IMG/VR virus record: IMGVR_UViG_3300028557_000030 | DNA from: an uncultured virus (IMG/VR IMGVR_UViG_3300028557_000030) | Taxonomy: Duplodnaviria; Heunggongvirae; Uroviricota; Caudoviricetes | Direction: 5' to 3' (one strand) | Length of the DNA: 64,000 nucleotides | Shown here: piece after piece, positions 50,301 to 59,699 of the stretch | Layout: each line of letters begins with the position of its first letter | Position numbering within the stretch: the stretch's first letter is position 1 | Position numbers and translations under genes: made by a program | The notes under the pieces: model-generated | What the model saw: the letters and a program-made list of their open reading frames with translations, nothing else | Databases searched by the model: none | What the model was told of the DNA's origin: nothing

Positions 50301-51152
50301 TGCTGTTCTGATTCTGACTAACTGATCACGACCAATGATGTCACCGTCGTCCATAACGATTGAGTGCCCGCCCCTACGAGCCACAACTTTTAATTGTTGA
50401 TTTCTACTTTCATCTAAATTTTCTGTTACAGTTGAATCATTGAAGCCGCCTTCATAGATAGGACGACCCGGTGTAGAGACGCCCCAACCGACCCGAGATG
50501 CCGGTTCACGAGACGCGGATGACGAGATAGGTCCGCGAATAGGATCACGAATGATTCCTTGCTGGTTCATGATCGTAGCAGAGTAGCTGTGTACAGGACG
50601 AGGACTGTCATTAAAGGTAGTGCTATTATTACTAGTTGCATTATTAGTATTAAAGTTTGTTACCGGTAACCTGGTTGCACCGCCATAGCTAGTTGATTCA
50701 CCTTCGTTAGTAATAACGTTGTCCGATGAGCCGATAGCGGGAACCATGTGTAGTGTTTCTGCTTCAGGAACGCAGCCTATGTAGAAACCGTAGTTAGGGT
50801 CACCGTTGATAAAGATACAAATTACCTTTGTACCAATATCCGGCGGAGCATGCCATTGTCCATACGAAGTTGGATTTGATTTATACGTACCGTTATCGTC
50901 TGGTCCAGTAGCAGCAGTACCCCCGATTGTACCAAAGAAGTTGGACAAGAAGCTAACTGTTACCCAGTTTGCTGCATTGTCAGAATCATTTGGTGGTTTG
51001 TCAGCTAATAGTACCTTGATACGACCGGCACGGGTAGGGTCAATGTTGTCCTTTACGATACCAAAAACCGGAAAGTTGTTTGTATTGGCGCCGCCTGCAT
51101 CTGGTTTAGCAGATTTGGGTACACCTCTTGTTTTAATGATATCTTGTGCCAT
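47301..51152 (-). CDS. baseplate central spike (gp5/VgrG-like) with long Ala/Gly-rich extension
   Basis: GIVKDNIDPTRAGRIKV...PDIGTKV (OB fold) and GHSIVMDD...GHQILM beta-helix repeats, followed by roughly 700 aa of Ala/Gly/Thr-rich sequence. Confidence 0.75.
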   Translation of the reverse strand: MAQDIIKTRGVPKSAKPDAGGANTNNFPVFGIVKDNIDPTRAGRIKVLLADKPPNDSDNAANWVTVSFLSNFFGTIGGTAATGPDDNGTYKSNPTSYGQWHAPPDIGTKVICIFINGDPNYGFYIGCVPEAETLHMVPAIGSSDNVITNEGESTSYGGATRLPVTNFNTNNATSNNSTTFNDSPRPVHSYSATIMNQQGIIRDPIRGPISSSASREPASRVGWGVSTPGRPIYEGGFNDSTVTENLDESRNQQLKVVARRGGHSIVMDDGDIIGRDQLVRIRTALGHQILMSDNGQTLMILHSNGQSYIELGKEGTIDMYSTNSVNIRTQGDLNLHADRNVNIHAMENLNIQAKNIQTNSEEKTMMRAGSDFNIAATGKLTGLAGGPVAWAAGGDASLVGGGQAFVNGSKVNLNSGAPGTSPDAVSPIPLIAQTDTLYDEGRGFMAAPGKLLTIVSRAPAHAPWANAGQGVDAKTNLDAASQLPAAPSPAVAATTAAAANTGATPPAVATVASAPAGVPAISATVDHNTTSAALGAVATSAAGGPLASAVNQGAAVVSTGTGLVAAVGAFAQTASQLAAGGILKPGAATLVTGLVQAGANIVQAMPASLFTGAAGASNLTSLVQNTTAQAKSVVHTMQQAQTALGKVGAITGSEAVTQVTGMVTAAATVGLGPTVAAIQQTSRTASSAGSTAISATNSAPPAATANGEARREASATSDGVSASGSSAGTANSLTGSLSGAANNTLSSIRTALEAIGSGAAAAGLAESIGGLGGIQSALTAMGNVPSLAGLMDQAKGVAASAFNAIKNSFKPFKAGVPQNLTQIAKENAAAAAEVANQTTQAGSNLLNDAGSIAGRASGTPGGALTRVSGALSRTAGVLTNTAVAINSVGGAITRTTGALSSIAGSVGGATNATTSINNSVTSITGGLTAATNAITSAVAVGTAVSTTINNVTAVASSVSRAVTGSALNTTTGGVQNAVNTVSALAGAGTTTAAGGTVALTNAAVSVQRGASAATSSALASGLSNLPGGINTVSNVMNQAAGAINTIPGLGPLSDAIRAASSAAMNGLPAVTAATGALSSLADNLGSLSGTSGDAASRLGGLTALASVGLPVGAVAHLQSSIAALAGGTPGAIALPSVGFNTTDRTAITSQINATLGDPGIPTPNLVGSIPDTTIATLEDRIQTTRAEARAARAAFVSLEQEAKVLLDEYKRLDRTLPPGDPKIAESYQKYRDFIYSAEYRAASDRAWAARGANRDAEFALLDRRREETEVALERARARLNRGG

Positions 51153-51164
51153 ATTTACTTTCTA

Positions 51165-53651
51165 TTATCCGCGCCGTGATCCATCGCTACTTGCAACTGG
51201 TTGTCCTCCGGGACCGGTCATAGTCACGGGTGTTGCCGGAGTCTGATTATTAGTATTAGTGGCCTGGTTAGTTGGGTTACTTGAATTATAAGGACGATCA
51301 CCTAGTGTGCCTTGGGCGCCTTGTGCGCCCCGTCTTTCTTGAGCCCCTGCAGTTCCAGTGGCTCCTTGGGAGCCGACCGGGCCAGCGGGTCTGCCGCTGT
51401 CTGCTGCTGCCGGGTTTCCGATGCCAGGGTCCTCAAAATCGTTAATAGTTGCTGTTAGGTCTTGCCTGAAAATCCCGTTTCTAAATTTACTAGAACATTC
51501 AGTGAGCATGTAACTCACGCCTTTAATCTTTCTATCTTTAGTAAGATTTTCAGGGTATTTCCAAAATTGAATAGAGTCATTGATACTAAGAGTTCCGGTT
51601 TGACTAGTGTAGTCTACTGCTTCTTTAAAATCAATTTCAATAAACACTTGGCCGCCGCCTGGATTAAGTGAATACCCATTCGAACCATAAACGGGGTCGT
51701 ATATCACGCTTTCACTGAAGGTGGGTTCAGCCATCAAATAATCAGGGTCACCTAAAATGCTGATGCTTGCTTGAGCAAACGAGCCAGGATCATATAGAGA
51801 CGTTATGTAATTATTTTGAGCTTCCATACCGTTAGCTGTTTTACCTATACGAGGTTGAGCAGTAAACTTTCCCGGAACTATTGCGGTATTGGTGGGATTG
51901 CTGGCATTATTATCACTGGAATTAGCCGCTGGACTGGATCCTCCGGTTCCAGCAGCGGCACCCTCACCGGGATCCAATGCCACATTAAAGAATAGATTAT
52001 CAAATGTTTGCTCGTAGCTGATAATCTCGGAATTTTTTCCAGTATACCAATAGTCATACCGCTTGTGTGGGCCCGGATAGTACCTTCCTGATTTTACAAG
52101 CGAACTATCTACAACCGGAGTTTCGTATTTTTGTATGATGTAAGCGATATCATAGGCCCAGTCGTTCACGATGTTATCCCACGCTATTTTCTTTATCTGC
52201 GCTGTACAACTATACCAACTTACCTTTTTTTGCTGAGTGTTATCAATTACAGAAGGAGGCCCGGTTGTCGTCGGAGCTTCTAATGCAGTAGTGTATACTA
52301 CTTTTAATGCGTCTTCTAGATAAGAACTCTGTGCAATTACTTGATTGATTGCAGCTAAAATACTAGTGTCGTGTAAAAACGTTATCGACTGTGCAACGCC
52401 GTTTAAAGCCGTTTGATTTTGCGTTTCTGTAGCAACAGTAACTCCTTGGGTAGAAGTTGCGCCACTGCCCGGAGATTTAGCTTTAGCCAAATCCGCAGGA
52501 GATATTACAGTCGCATCGATGATCTGTTGAGTACCAGGCATCCATACAATCTCATAATGGTTGGGGGTGTTGATTTTGCGTTCGTCAGATAATGTAACTT
52601 GTTCAGTATTCAGTTCAACCATTAATTTATCTAACATCTCACCTACATGAGTTCCTGTGATAGGTCTAGTATAATTGATCATGCCTCGCTTTATAGAGAA
52701 CCCTGCTTGTTGCCCAGAGTTGATAGCTTCAATATTATAAACAGTCATCTTTCCGTCAACTTTAAACTTGATACCTGTCATAGTTAAATCATAGAAATGT
52801 TCAAATATTGCTCCGCTTTGTGACAGGGGGTCAATTGTTTGATTCTCGTTTGGTTGTCCTACATTGTCTCCGTTATACGACATCGTGTCTGTGGGCTTAG
52901 CCGGGACGCCTGCGACGTTATAACCAAAAAATCTAATTCCTAATATGAAAAATTGCTTTACCCCGTTTTCAGGAGCATTAGTTGTCCCGCCCATGTATTC
53001 AGTAATTATTCTATTTGCATCTCTAATTTTAGTTATAAACGAGAACCCATACGGCTCAATTACTTGAAATGTGAAGGCGAACTTTGATAAATCAGAGTCT
53101 TGAGTAGATTTAGTGTTGATTACTTGCGAAATCTCTAAGTTATCGATACCAAAATCGAAGTCGAATCCCGGCATTCTCTTGCTAGTAGTGTTGTTGATTC
53201 CACCGCTCTGTGCAATAAGAAAAGCACCACCCGCGTCGGTTCCGGCAGTCATCGTATTAAATATATCAATCTTTGTCCTACCGCTAGCGACAAATGCTTC
53301 ATACGCATCTGGTGTGATCATGTACAGACTAAGCTGATAGGTATAAGTGGGAAACTCTCCTAGAGGATTTTTTAACCGTCTACCTGGCATTGAAAACGAA
53401 GCTACTTGCTGAGTACTAGCACTGCTTGCTTGGTATTGGTATCCGGTTGGACTAGGTGGAAGGGTAGAGCTTTCATTGCTTTCCGGTACACTAGGAGGAG
53501 GAGTAGACGAATTATTTGTGGCAGTAGACGAAGTGGTTCCACCTGCACCCAGCGGTCCTGCCGGAGAGTTGGGAGTAGTTCCAGGCGCTGATGCTTGTGG
53601 TGCCCCGCTATCACCGTCTGCTGTTCCTACGAGTGGGTTCGTGAATGCCAT
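51165..53651 (-). CDS. baseplate hub-like structural protein (gp27-like, tentative)
   Basis: Lies between the gp53-like and gp5-like genes; ISILGDPDYL...YMLTECSSKFRNGIFRQDL C-terminal hub-like motif. Confidence 0.5.
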   Translation of the reverse strand: MAFTNPLVGTADGDSGAPQASAPGTTPNSPAGPLGAGGTTSSTATNNSSTPPPSVPESNESSTLPPSPTGYQYQASSASTQQVASFSMPGRRLKNPLGEFPTYTYQLSLYMITPDAYEAFVASGRTKIDIFNTMTAGTDAGGAFLIAQSGGINNTTSKRMPGFDFDFGIDNLEISQVINTKSTQDSDLSKFAFTFQVIEPYGFSFITKIRDANRIITEYMGGTTNAPENGVKQFFILGIRFFGYNVAGVPAKPTDTMSYNGDNVGQPNENQTIDPLSQSGAIFEHFYDLTMTGIKFKVDGKMTVYNIEAINSGQQAGFSIKRGMINYTRPITGTHVGEMLDKLMVELNTEQVTLSDERKINTPNHYEIVWMPGTQQIIDATVISPADLAKAKSPGSGATSTQGVTVATETQNQTALNGVAQSITFLHDTSILAAINQVIAQSSYLEDALKVVYTTALEAPTTTGPPSVIDNTQQKKVSWYSCTAQIKKIAWDNIVNDWAYDIAYIIQKYETPVVDSSLVKSGRYYPGPHKRYDYWYTGKNSEIISYEQTFDNLFFNVALDPGEGAAAGTGGSSPAANSSDNNASNPTNTAIVPGKFTAQPRIGKTANGMEAQNNYITSLYDPGSFAQASISILGDPDYLMAEPTFSESVIYDPVYGSNGYSLNPGGGQVFIEIDFKEAVDYTSQTGTLSINDSIQFWKYPENLTKDRKIKGVSYMLTECSSKFRNGIFRQDLTATINDFEDPGIGNPAAADSGRPAGPVGSQGATGTAGAQERRGAQGAQGTLGDRPYNSSNPTNQATNTNNQTPATPVTMTGPGGQPVASSDGSRRG

Positions 53652-53652
53652 C

Positions 53653-53970
53653 TTAAGTTCCTAATACCGTTCTTAACGTATCTATATTAGGTATGTATAT
53701 GCCTGAGCCAGCCGTGAAATTAAAGTACGGATCAGGACCCAACTTGTTTGGATTACGCGCGGCAAACACCCACCATAACTTAGGGTCACCGTACAAGTCA
53801 TATGCTAGTAGGTCAGGTCTGTATTCATATGCTGATGTCAGCATCATATACACATCGCTAGGTAGCATTGGAATATTGCGAGAAACCATAACGTCTAAGA
53901 ATTTGTTACTTACCACGTTAGTTTCGTTGTAAGGACTCGTTTTTGGATATAAATTCTGATTACCTGACAT
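53653..53970 (-). CDS. baseplate wedge protein (gp53/LysM-like)
   Basis: YEYRPDLLAYDLYGDPKLWWVFAARN. Confidence 0.8.
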   Translation of the reverse strand: MSGNQNLYPKTSPYNETNVVSNKFLDVMVSRNIPMLPSDVYMMLTSAYEYRPDLLAYDLYGDPKLWWVFAARNPNKLGPDPYFNFTAGSGIYIPNIDTLRTVLGT

Positions 53971-54938
53971 TACCACATACCTCCGCCTGGGTTTTGAGAG
54001 CCACGAAGAAGTTTCCCGGTACCGTAGTCTCTCAAACTGAATTTGTTCGATACCATATTTCTGCTCAGTACCGGAGCACAGGTGATCGAAAGTTCAATCT
54101 TAGTGGGAACCCAAGTTGTCTCTTGATTTATAGAAGCCGGGGTCGACGGATATGAAGGTGGACGAGGAGTACCTCCTGGCCCGACGTTTATTCCCAGCAA
54201 TCTTGAGGATCCTGACAAAAAGTTAGCTGACTTATTAGTATTGTGGTTTGACACTGAAGGTTGAGGTGACCCTGCAGGAGAAGCACCTGTAGTAGGAATA
54301 TAGTCAACATCGTTTGGTAAATTATATGTAAACCCCGTAATGGCTAAAGGCAATGCGTCAAACTGGTATCCACCTAGCCCGTAAATATAGCACAGCGGCG
54401 GCGGAGTTCCGTTCTTTGGATTGCTGTCTTGACCATAGAACATCTTAGTCATTGATCTGAAGAAATGAATCACAGCTAAAAGATAGTTTGCCTCAAACAC
54501 ATCCTGACAAGTAAAAACACCTGCAATAGTTACTGAATCGACGCTACTGTTTTGATATTGATAAACTCTGTAGTTGCTATGAGTTACCGATTGTGCGTCG
54601 TAGGATGCAGCATATGTCACTTGGATATTGGGTGTATACGGAAATATAACACCATCAGTAGATACGAGTGGCTGCAAGATTCCGGGAGGATCTCCTTTAT
54701 ACAGGTAGGTCGCCCCCGGAGCAAGGGCGAGACGAACTCTCCAATCCTTAGCTGCTGCGAAATTAGCTTGATCTTGTTTAGTTGCCTGTGCTGTCGCGCT
54801 CTGTTTTGCCCCTGTTATACCCGTGTTCGGTGGCTGAGACGAAGGTGCATTAGCACCTGTTTGCGGCCTCACATTTTTCGGGACAGCAGACCTAGATGGG
54901 TCAGTCGTGGACTCGGGTGCTTTCTGTGGTGTAGCCAT
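53970..54938 (-). CDS. baseplate tail-tube initiator-like protein (gp48/gp54-like, tentative)
   Basis: IFPYTPNI..Y.ASY...GTPPPLC...; contractile-tail gene context. Confidence 0.5.
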   Translation of the reverse strand: MATPQKAPESTTDPSRSAVPKNVRPQTGANAPSSQPPNTGITGAKQSATAQATKQDQANFAAAKDWRVRLALAPGATYLYKGDPPGILQPLVSTDGVIFPYTPNIQVTYAASYDAQSVTHSNYRVYQYQNSSVDSVTIAGVFTCQDVFEANYLLAVIHFFRSMTKMFYGQDSNPKNGTPPPLCYIYGLGGYQFDALPLAITGFTYNLPNDVDYIPTTGASPAGSPQPSVSNHNTNKSANFLSGSSRLLGINVGPGGTPRPPSYPSTPASINQETTWVPTKIELSITCAPVLSRNMVSNKFSLRDYGTGKLLRGSQNPGGGMW

Positions 54939-54949
54939 CCTTTACCTCT

Positions 54950-54973
54950 GATAAATACTTAATAGTATTTATC
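54950..54973. promoter_or_regulatory. palindromic pair of late-type promoters
   Basis: GATAAATACT-TAAT-AGTATTTATC is a perfect 10-bp inverted repeat carrying ATAAATA on each strand. Confidence 0.65.
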
Positions 54974-55006
54974 GTTTCAAAAAACCGCTAAATTTACCCA
55001 ATGCTG

Positions 55007-55035
55007 TTGCATTTATGCAACAGTATTAGTACAAT
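55007..55035 (+). promoter_or_regulatory. sigma70-type promoter of the late sigma gene
   Basis: TTGCAT-N17-TACAAT, overlapped by the inverted repeat CTGTTGCAT-TT-ATGCAACAG. Confidence 0.55.
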
Positions 55036-55059
55036 ACGTATTGCTGTAAAGGATACAAT

Positions 55060-55959
55060 GTGATAACAAAACCAAAGAGACCTGTTAATTATCTAAATAA
55101 CAAAGACATTCTTAAAGAAATCCACGCGAGCAAGAACTCGTACTGTTACTTCACTGAACCGGAATACAATCGATATGATCTTATCATCGACATGCCCGAT
55201 TCTCCCATAGAAACTAGTCTAGATTTTGCAATAAAGCCAGAACAAATCCAAGCAGCTAAACAAACTAGAGCAGTCTGGCTTTCACTACAGGCAGAAGAAA
55301 AGATTCTTCCAGAATCAGTAAAAACTGAAGATTTAATCTTCAGAGTCATGACTTGGGACCATATCCCAGTTGCTCAAAAGCAGCCTCGTAAGACTACGAA
55401 GAAGAAAACAGCCAAAGACATCATCGTTTTTGAAGATGACGAGTTGGAAGATTTTTCTGATTTAGAAGACAAGACCACGAAGGCCGAAGTTGACGATATG
55501 GTTCACGTTAGAGTCAACTTCCCTCCCTTCCAGCACTTTAAGTTAGACGAAACCAACACATTTAGGTGTGTGGGTAAGTCGCATTGGGTTGATGGAATTG
55601 AGAATGGTCATTTCTCTAAGGATCACGGCAACATCACTAATAAACTAGCTCGTATGTACATGATGCTTTGTGAGAAGTATGCCATGAGATTCAACTGGCG
55701 CGGCTACACATATAATGACGAGATGCGTAACTCTGCTATTCTACAGTTGACCTATGTTGGCCTTCGATTCAATGAGGCAAAGTCTTCTAATCCGTTTGCA
55801 TACTACACAGCAGCTATCACCAATAGCTTCTGCCGAGTGCTAAATTCAGAAAAGCGAACACAAAACATCCGCGATGACATTCTTGAGATGAATGGTCTTA
55901 ACCCATCGTTCACGAGGCAAATGCGTGAGGTAAAACCTAAACAAGTTAAGGTTACCTAA
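55060..55959 (+). CDS. late-transcription sigma factor (T4 gp55-like)
   Basis: NYLNNKDIL...NWRGYTYNDEM...FNEAKSSNPFAYYT; lies upstream of gp47/gp46 as in T4-like phages. Confidence 0.85.
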   Translation: MITKPKRPVNYLNNKDILKEIHASKNSYCYFTEPEYNRYDLIIDMPDSPIETSLDFAIKPEQIQAAKQTRAVWLSLQAEEKILPESVKTEDLIFRVMTWDHIPVAQKQPRKTTKKKTAKDIIVFEDDELEDFSDLEDKTTKAEVDDMVHVRVNFPPFQHFKLDETNTFRCVGKSHWVDGIENGHFSKDHGNITNKLARMYMMLCEKYAMRFNWRGYTYNDEMRNSAILQLTYVGLRFNEAKSSNPFAYYTAAITNSFCRVLNSEKRTQNIRDDILEMNGLNPSFTRQMREVKPKQVKVT

Positions 55960-55963
55960 CTGA

Positions 55964-55992
55964 TTGCTATTTGCAACTAAGGACATTATAGT
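55964..55992 (+). promoter_or_regulatory. sigma70-type promoter, likely leaderless transcript
   Basis: TTGCTA-N17-TATAGT, ending 6 nt before ATG 55999. Confidence 0.5.
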
Positions 55993-55998
55993 AAGATT

Positions 55999-57015
55999 AT
56001 GGCAGAACTATTCAAGAAGGCAGCAGTCTTTACGGACATTCATTTTGGGTTAAAGAGTAACAGCATACAGCACAATACCGATTGTATTGAGTTTGTAGAT
56101 TGGTTCATCACTAAAGCTAAGGCTGAGGGATGCGAGACATGTTTGTTCTTAGGTGACTACAATCACCATAGATCAAGCATCAACATGCACACCCTTCAGT
56201 TTGGCCTTCGTGCATTAGAAAAACTGAACGATGCATTTGACCGAGTATATTTTATCCCTGGCAACCACGATCTCTATTATCGTGATCGTCGGGACATTCA
56301 CTCAGTCGAATGGGCAAATCATCTTCCCAACGTTACCATCGTCAATGATTGGTTTCAGCAAGGTGATGTAGTAATTGCTCCTTGGTTGGTAGGTGATGAC
56401 TATAAGAAGTTGCTCAAAATGAAGGGCAAGTACCTATTTGCTCATCTGGAATTGCCGCATTTTTATATGAATGCAATGATAGAGATGCCCGACCACGGGG
56501 AGATCAACTCAGAATACGTTTCAGGATTCGAGTGGGTCTTCTCTGGTCACTTTCATAAGCGCCAGTGCCGAAAGAACATCTGGTATATCGGTAACGCTTT
56601 CCCCCATAACTACGCAGATGCGGGAGACGACGCAAGAGGCATGATGATTCTAGACTGGGGCGGTGAACCCGAGTTTCATTCATGGCCAGGTCAACCTATC
56701 TTTCGTGTATACAAGCTAAGTGATATCTTAGATAACCCAGAGGGTCTTCTTCTTCCTAAGTCTAGTGTCAGAGTACATCTTGACATTGACATTTCGTATG
56801 AAGAAGCCAGCTTTATTCGTGAAACGCTCATTCCAAAACATGGACTAAGAGAAATGTCTTTGATTCCTATCAAGAATACAGAGTTTGCGCAGGATCTTGC
56901 TCCCGGCGAGGTGAACTTTGAGAGCGTAGACCAAATCGTTATTGATCAGATCACGAAGATCGAGAGTGATTTCTATGATCCAAAACTACTGTTAGAGATT
57001 TACCGTAACCTATGA
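55999..57015 (+). CDS. recombination nuclease, Mre11/SbcD-like (T4 gp47)
   Basis: DIHFG, LGD, GNHD and SGHFH metallophosphoesterase motifs. Confidence 0.92.
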   Translation: MAELFKKAAVFTDIHFGLKSNSIQHNTDCIEFVDWFITKAKAEGCETCLFLGDYNHHRSSINMHTLQFGLRALEKLNDAFDRVYFIPGNHDLYYRDRRDIHSVEWANHLPNVTIVNDWFQQGDVVIAPWLVGDDYKKLLKMKGKYLFAHLELPHFYMNAMIEMPDHGEINSEYVSGFEWVFSGHFHKRQCRKNIWYIGNAFPHNYADAGDDARGMMILDWGGEPEFHSWPGQPIFRVYKLSDILDNPEGLLLPKSSVRVHLDIDISYEEASFIRETLIPKHGLREMSLIPIKNTEFAQDLAPGEVNFESVDQIVIDQITKIESDFYDPKLLLEIYRNL

Positions 57016-59087
57016 TCATACTTAAGAACATCACCCTTCGTAACTTTTTATCAATTGGTGCAGTAACACAAGCTGTCAACTTCGACAGCAAAGAACTCAC
57101 GCTTATCCTAGGTGAAAATCTAGATTTAGGTGGAGATGGTTCTCGCAATGGTACCGGTAAGACTTCGCTTATGCAAGCTCTTTCCTATGCTGCGTTTGAT
57201 GCCCCCATCAACAAGATTCGTAAGGATAATCTAATCAATCGTACCAACGGTAAGGGTATGATGGTTACACTAGAGTATTCTTCTAGGGGCGTTGATTACA
57301 AGATTGAACGCGGGCGCCGACCAAACACTCTTAGGTTCTACGTCAACGGGGTTGAACAGTCTGAGGACAAGGATACTGCACAGGGCGAGAACAAGGACAC
57401 ACAGAAAGAGATCGAACGTACATTAGGTATGTCACATGATATGTTTAAGCATATCGTAGCGTTGAATACCTATACTGAACCGTTTCTTTCCTTAGGGGCA
57501 GGTGAGCAGCGTAAGATCATCGAGCAATTGCTCGGTATTACTTTGCTTTCGGAGAAAGCAGAAGCAATCAAAACAAAAATCAAGTCTACCAAAGAAACGA
57601 TTGAGCAAGAGCAATTCAAAGTTAAGACTATCCAAGAAGCCAACAAGCGAGTTGAAGAACAGATTGAGAATCTTCGCCGCCGTCAGCGTCTTTGGAATGC
57701 AAAGCACAATGAAGACCTCGACAAGCTCGTCAGTGATTACGATGAACTAAGCAAGATTGATATCGTTGCCGAACTTCAAGCTCATAAAGACTTAACAATC
57801 TACAACGAAAAGAAGAAAAAGCAAGAGCGTTACGAAGCTATCCTAGCTCGTCAAACTGCTTGGTTACAGAAGCGTGATGCTGATGTTAAGGTTCTGCAAA
57901 CTAGCTACGATACAAAGAGCAATATTGACATCACGGCCGAACTACAGTCTCACTATGACCTTAAGGTATATGAAGCTAGCAAGATCGAACTTGCTGCCCT
58001 CAACAAGACTATCGCTGGACTAGAGGCAACTCTAAAAAAGGATGAGAGTCTTGTAACTAAACTAGAGGGCGAGATCAGGACACTTGAAGAAAACAAGTGT
58101 TATACTTGTGGTCAGGATCTTCACGATGAAAATCATACCAGTGTCATACACAGTAAGCGTGACCTTTTGGCCGCAGCAAGATCAGAACTTGCCCAAACCC
58201 AAAACGAGCTAGAAAAAAATAAAAATTCATTGTTCGTTTTGGGACTTTCTCCTGTTACTCACTACAAGACTGAAGCAGAAGCAATCAAACATAGCTCTGA
58301 ACTTGAAAACATTCAGAACCAAATCCACGCTAAGATGACCGAGACTGATCCGTATGTAGAACAATTGATTGAGAATTCTTGCATGATCGTTGGCACTATG
58401 CCTGTAACTCACTATGATACAGAAGCAGAAGCAATCGAACATCGTAGTGTTGTATCAAGCTTGTTAAAGCAGATCGAGAAGAAGGCAGAAGACATTGACC
58501 CATACGTTGACCAAATCAAAGAGATGGAAGCTAATGCTCTACTGACTATTGACTTTGAAATCATCAACGAACTGTCAAAGTTAGGAGATCACTTGAAGTT
58601 CTTGCTTGACTTGCTGACTAGCAAGGATAGCTTCGTTCGCAAGAAGATCATTGATCAGAACTTGTCGTATCTTAACGCAAGACTGACTCACTATCTTGAC
58701 AAGATCGGTCTTCCACATACAGTCGTGTTTATGAATGACCTTTCAGTTGAGATCACTGAGTTAGGTCGTGAGTTGGATTTCGACAATTTGTCCCGGGGTG
58801 AGCGCAATCGTCTCATCCTTGGTCTGTCGTTTGCATTCCGTGATGTGTGGGAAAATCTATACTTCCCGATCAACACGCTATTCATAGATGAACTCATCGA
58901 CAGCGGACTTGATAGCATAGGTGTCGAGAATGCAATGGCAATCCTAAAAGAAATGTCACGTAGACGCAGTAAATCTATATGGCTCGTCAGTCACCGAGAA
59001 GAACTTGCAGGACGCGTTCCTAGCGTTCTCAAGGTGATTAAAGAAAACGGGTTTACTAGTTACAATACCACGACAGATATCACATAA
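57012..59087 (+). CDS. recombination ATPase, Rad50/SbcC-like (T4 gp46)
   Basis: NFLS, Walker A NGTGKT, zinc hook CYTC, signature LSRGE, Walker B LFIDE, VSH. Confidence 0.92.
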   Translation: MIILKNITLRNFLSIGAVTQAVNFDSKELTLILGENLDLGGDGSRNGTGKTSLMQALSYAAFDAPINKIRKDNLINRTNGKGMMVTLEYSSRGVDYKIERGRRPNTLRFYVNGVEQSEDKDTAQGENKDTQKEIERTLGMSHDMFKHIVALNTYTEPFLSLGAGEQRKIIEQLLGITLLSEKAEAIKTKIKSTKETIEQEQFKVKTIQEANKRVEEQIENLRRRQRLWNAKHNEDLDKLVSDYDELSKIDIVAELQAHKDLTIYNEKKKKQERYEAILARQTAWLQKRDADVKVLQTSYDTKSNIDITAELQSHYDLKVYEASKIELAALNKTIAGLEATLKKDESLVTKLEGEIRTLEENKCYTCGQDLHDENHTSVIHSKRDLLAAARSELAQTQNELEKNKNSLFVLGLSPVTHYKTEAEAIKHSSELENIQNQIHAKMTETDPYVEQLIENSCMIVGTMPVTHYDTEAEAIEHRSVVSSLLKQIEKKAEDIDPYVDQIKEMEANALLTIDFEIINELSKLGDHLKFLLDLLTSKDSFVRKKIIDQNLSYLNARLTHYLDKIGLPHTVVFMNDLSVEITELGRELDFDNLSRGERNRLILGLSFAFRDVWENLYFPINTLFIDELIDSGLDSIGVENAMAILKEMSRRRSKSIWLVSHREELAGRVPSVLKVIKENGFTSYNTTTDIT

Positions 59088-59126
59088 GAAATATTACCGG
59101 CACTATGAGAAAGCATAAGTTATTAT

Positions 59127-59690
59127 ATGACATCACCTAGCAAAGCCAAAGGCTCATCGTTCGAACGAGAAGTTGCAACCTTCTTGTCAAAGACATATGA
59201 CGAAAGTTTTATCAGGGCTCCCGGCTCAGGTGCATACATTGGCGGTAAGAATCAATCCCGCAAACAGTATTTGGATGAGGGTCAGATTCGTAGCTTCAAG
59301 GGCGACATCGTTCCGGGCGTGACTTTCACTAAATTCAACGCAGAATGTAAGTCATATGCAGACTTCCCTTTTCATCTTCTTTTATCCGGGGACTGCAAAC
59401 AAATCGACAGTTGGCTAGACCAACTGATGGCTGTAGCAGAAACTGATGATTGCAACGTGCTATTCATGAAGTTTAATCGTAAAGGCAAGTATGTTGCTGT
59501 ACAAGCAAAGTGTACTTGGGTCACAGACAACTTCATTTACTACAGTTCCGCTAAGTTCGGGGACTGGATCATCATCGAATTTCAACACTTCTTCAAGCTC
59601 AACAAAGACCTTCTTAAAGTTTACTCAGGCTCACCTAATACAAACCTTGACACCGCGTCTACAGCTAACGTACTAACGCTCAAAACCTAA
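59127..59690 (+). CDS. Holliday junction resolvase (Hjc-like PD-(D/E)xK nuclease)
   Basis: KGSSFEREVA...SGA...GDI...AECK. Confidence 0.8.
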   Translation: MTSPSKAKGSSFEREVATFLSKTYDESFIRAPGSGAYIGGKNQSRKQYLDEGQIRSFKGDIVPGVTFTKFNAECKSYADFPFHLLLSGDCKQIDSWLDQLMAVAETDDCNVLFMKFNRKGKYVAVQAKCTWVTDNFIYYSSAKFGDWIIIEFQHFFKLNKDLLKVYSGSPNTNLDTASTANVLTLKT

Positions 59691-59699
59691 ACAAAACCA

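Noticed and set aside
51152..51157. TAAATA late promoter for the gp5-like gene
   Set aside because: The motif overlaps the ATG itself, leaving no room for a start site upstream of the codon.
19512..54962. Many short plus-strand ORFs in the structural module
   Set aside because: They are antisense shadows of long, well-supported minus-strand genes.
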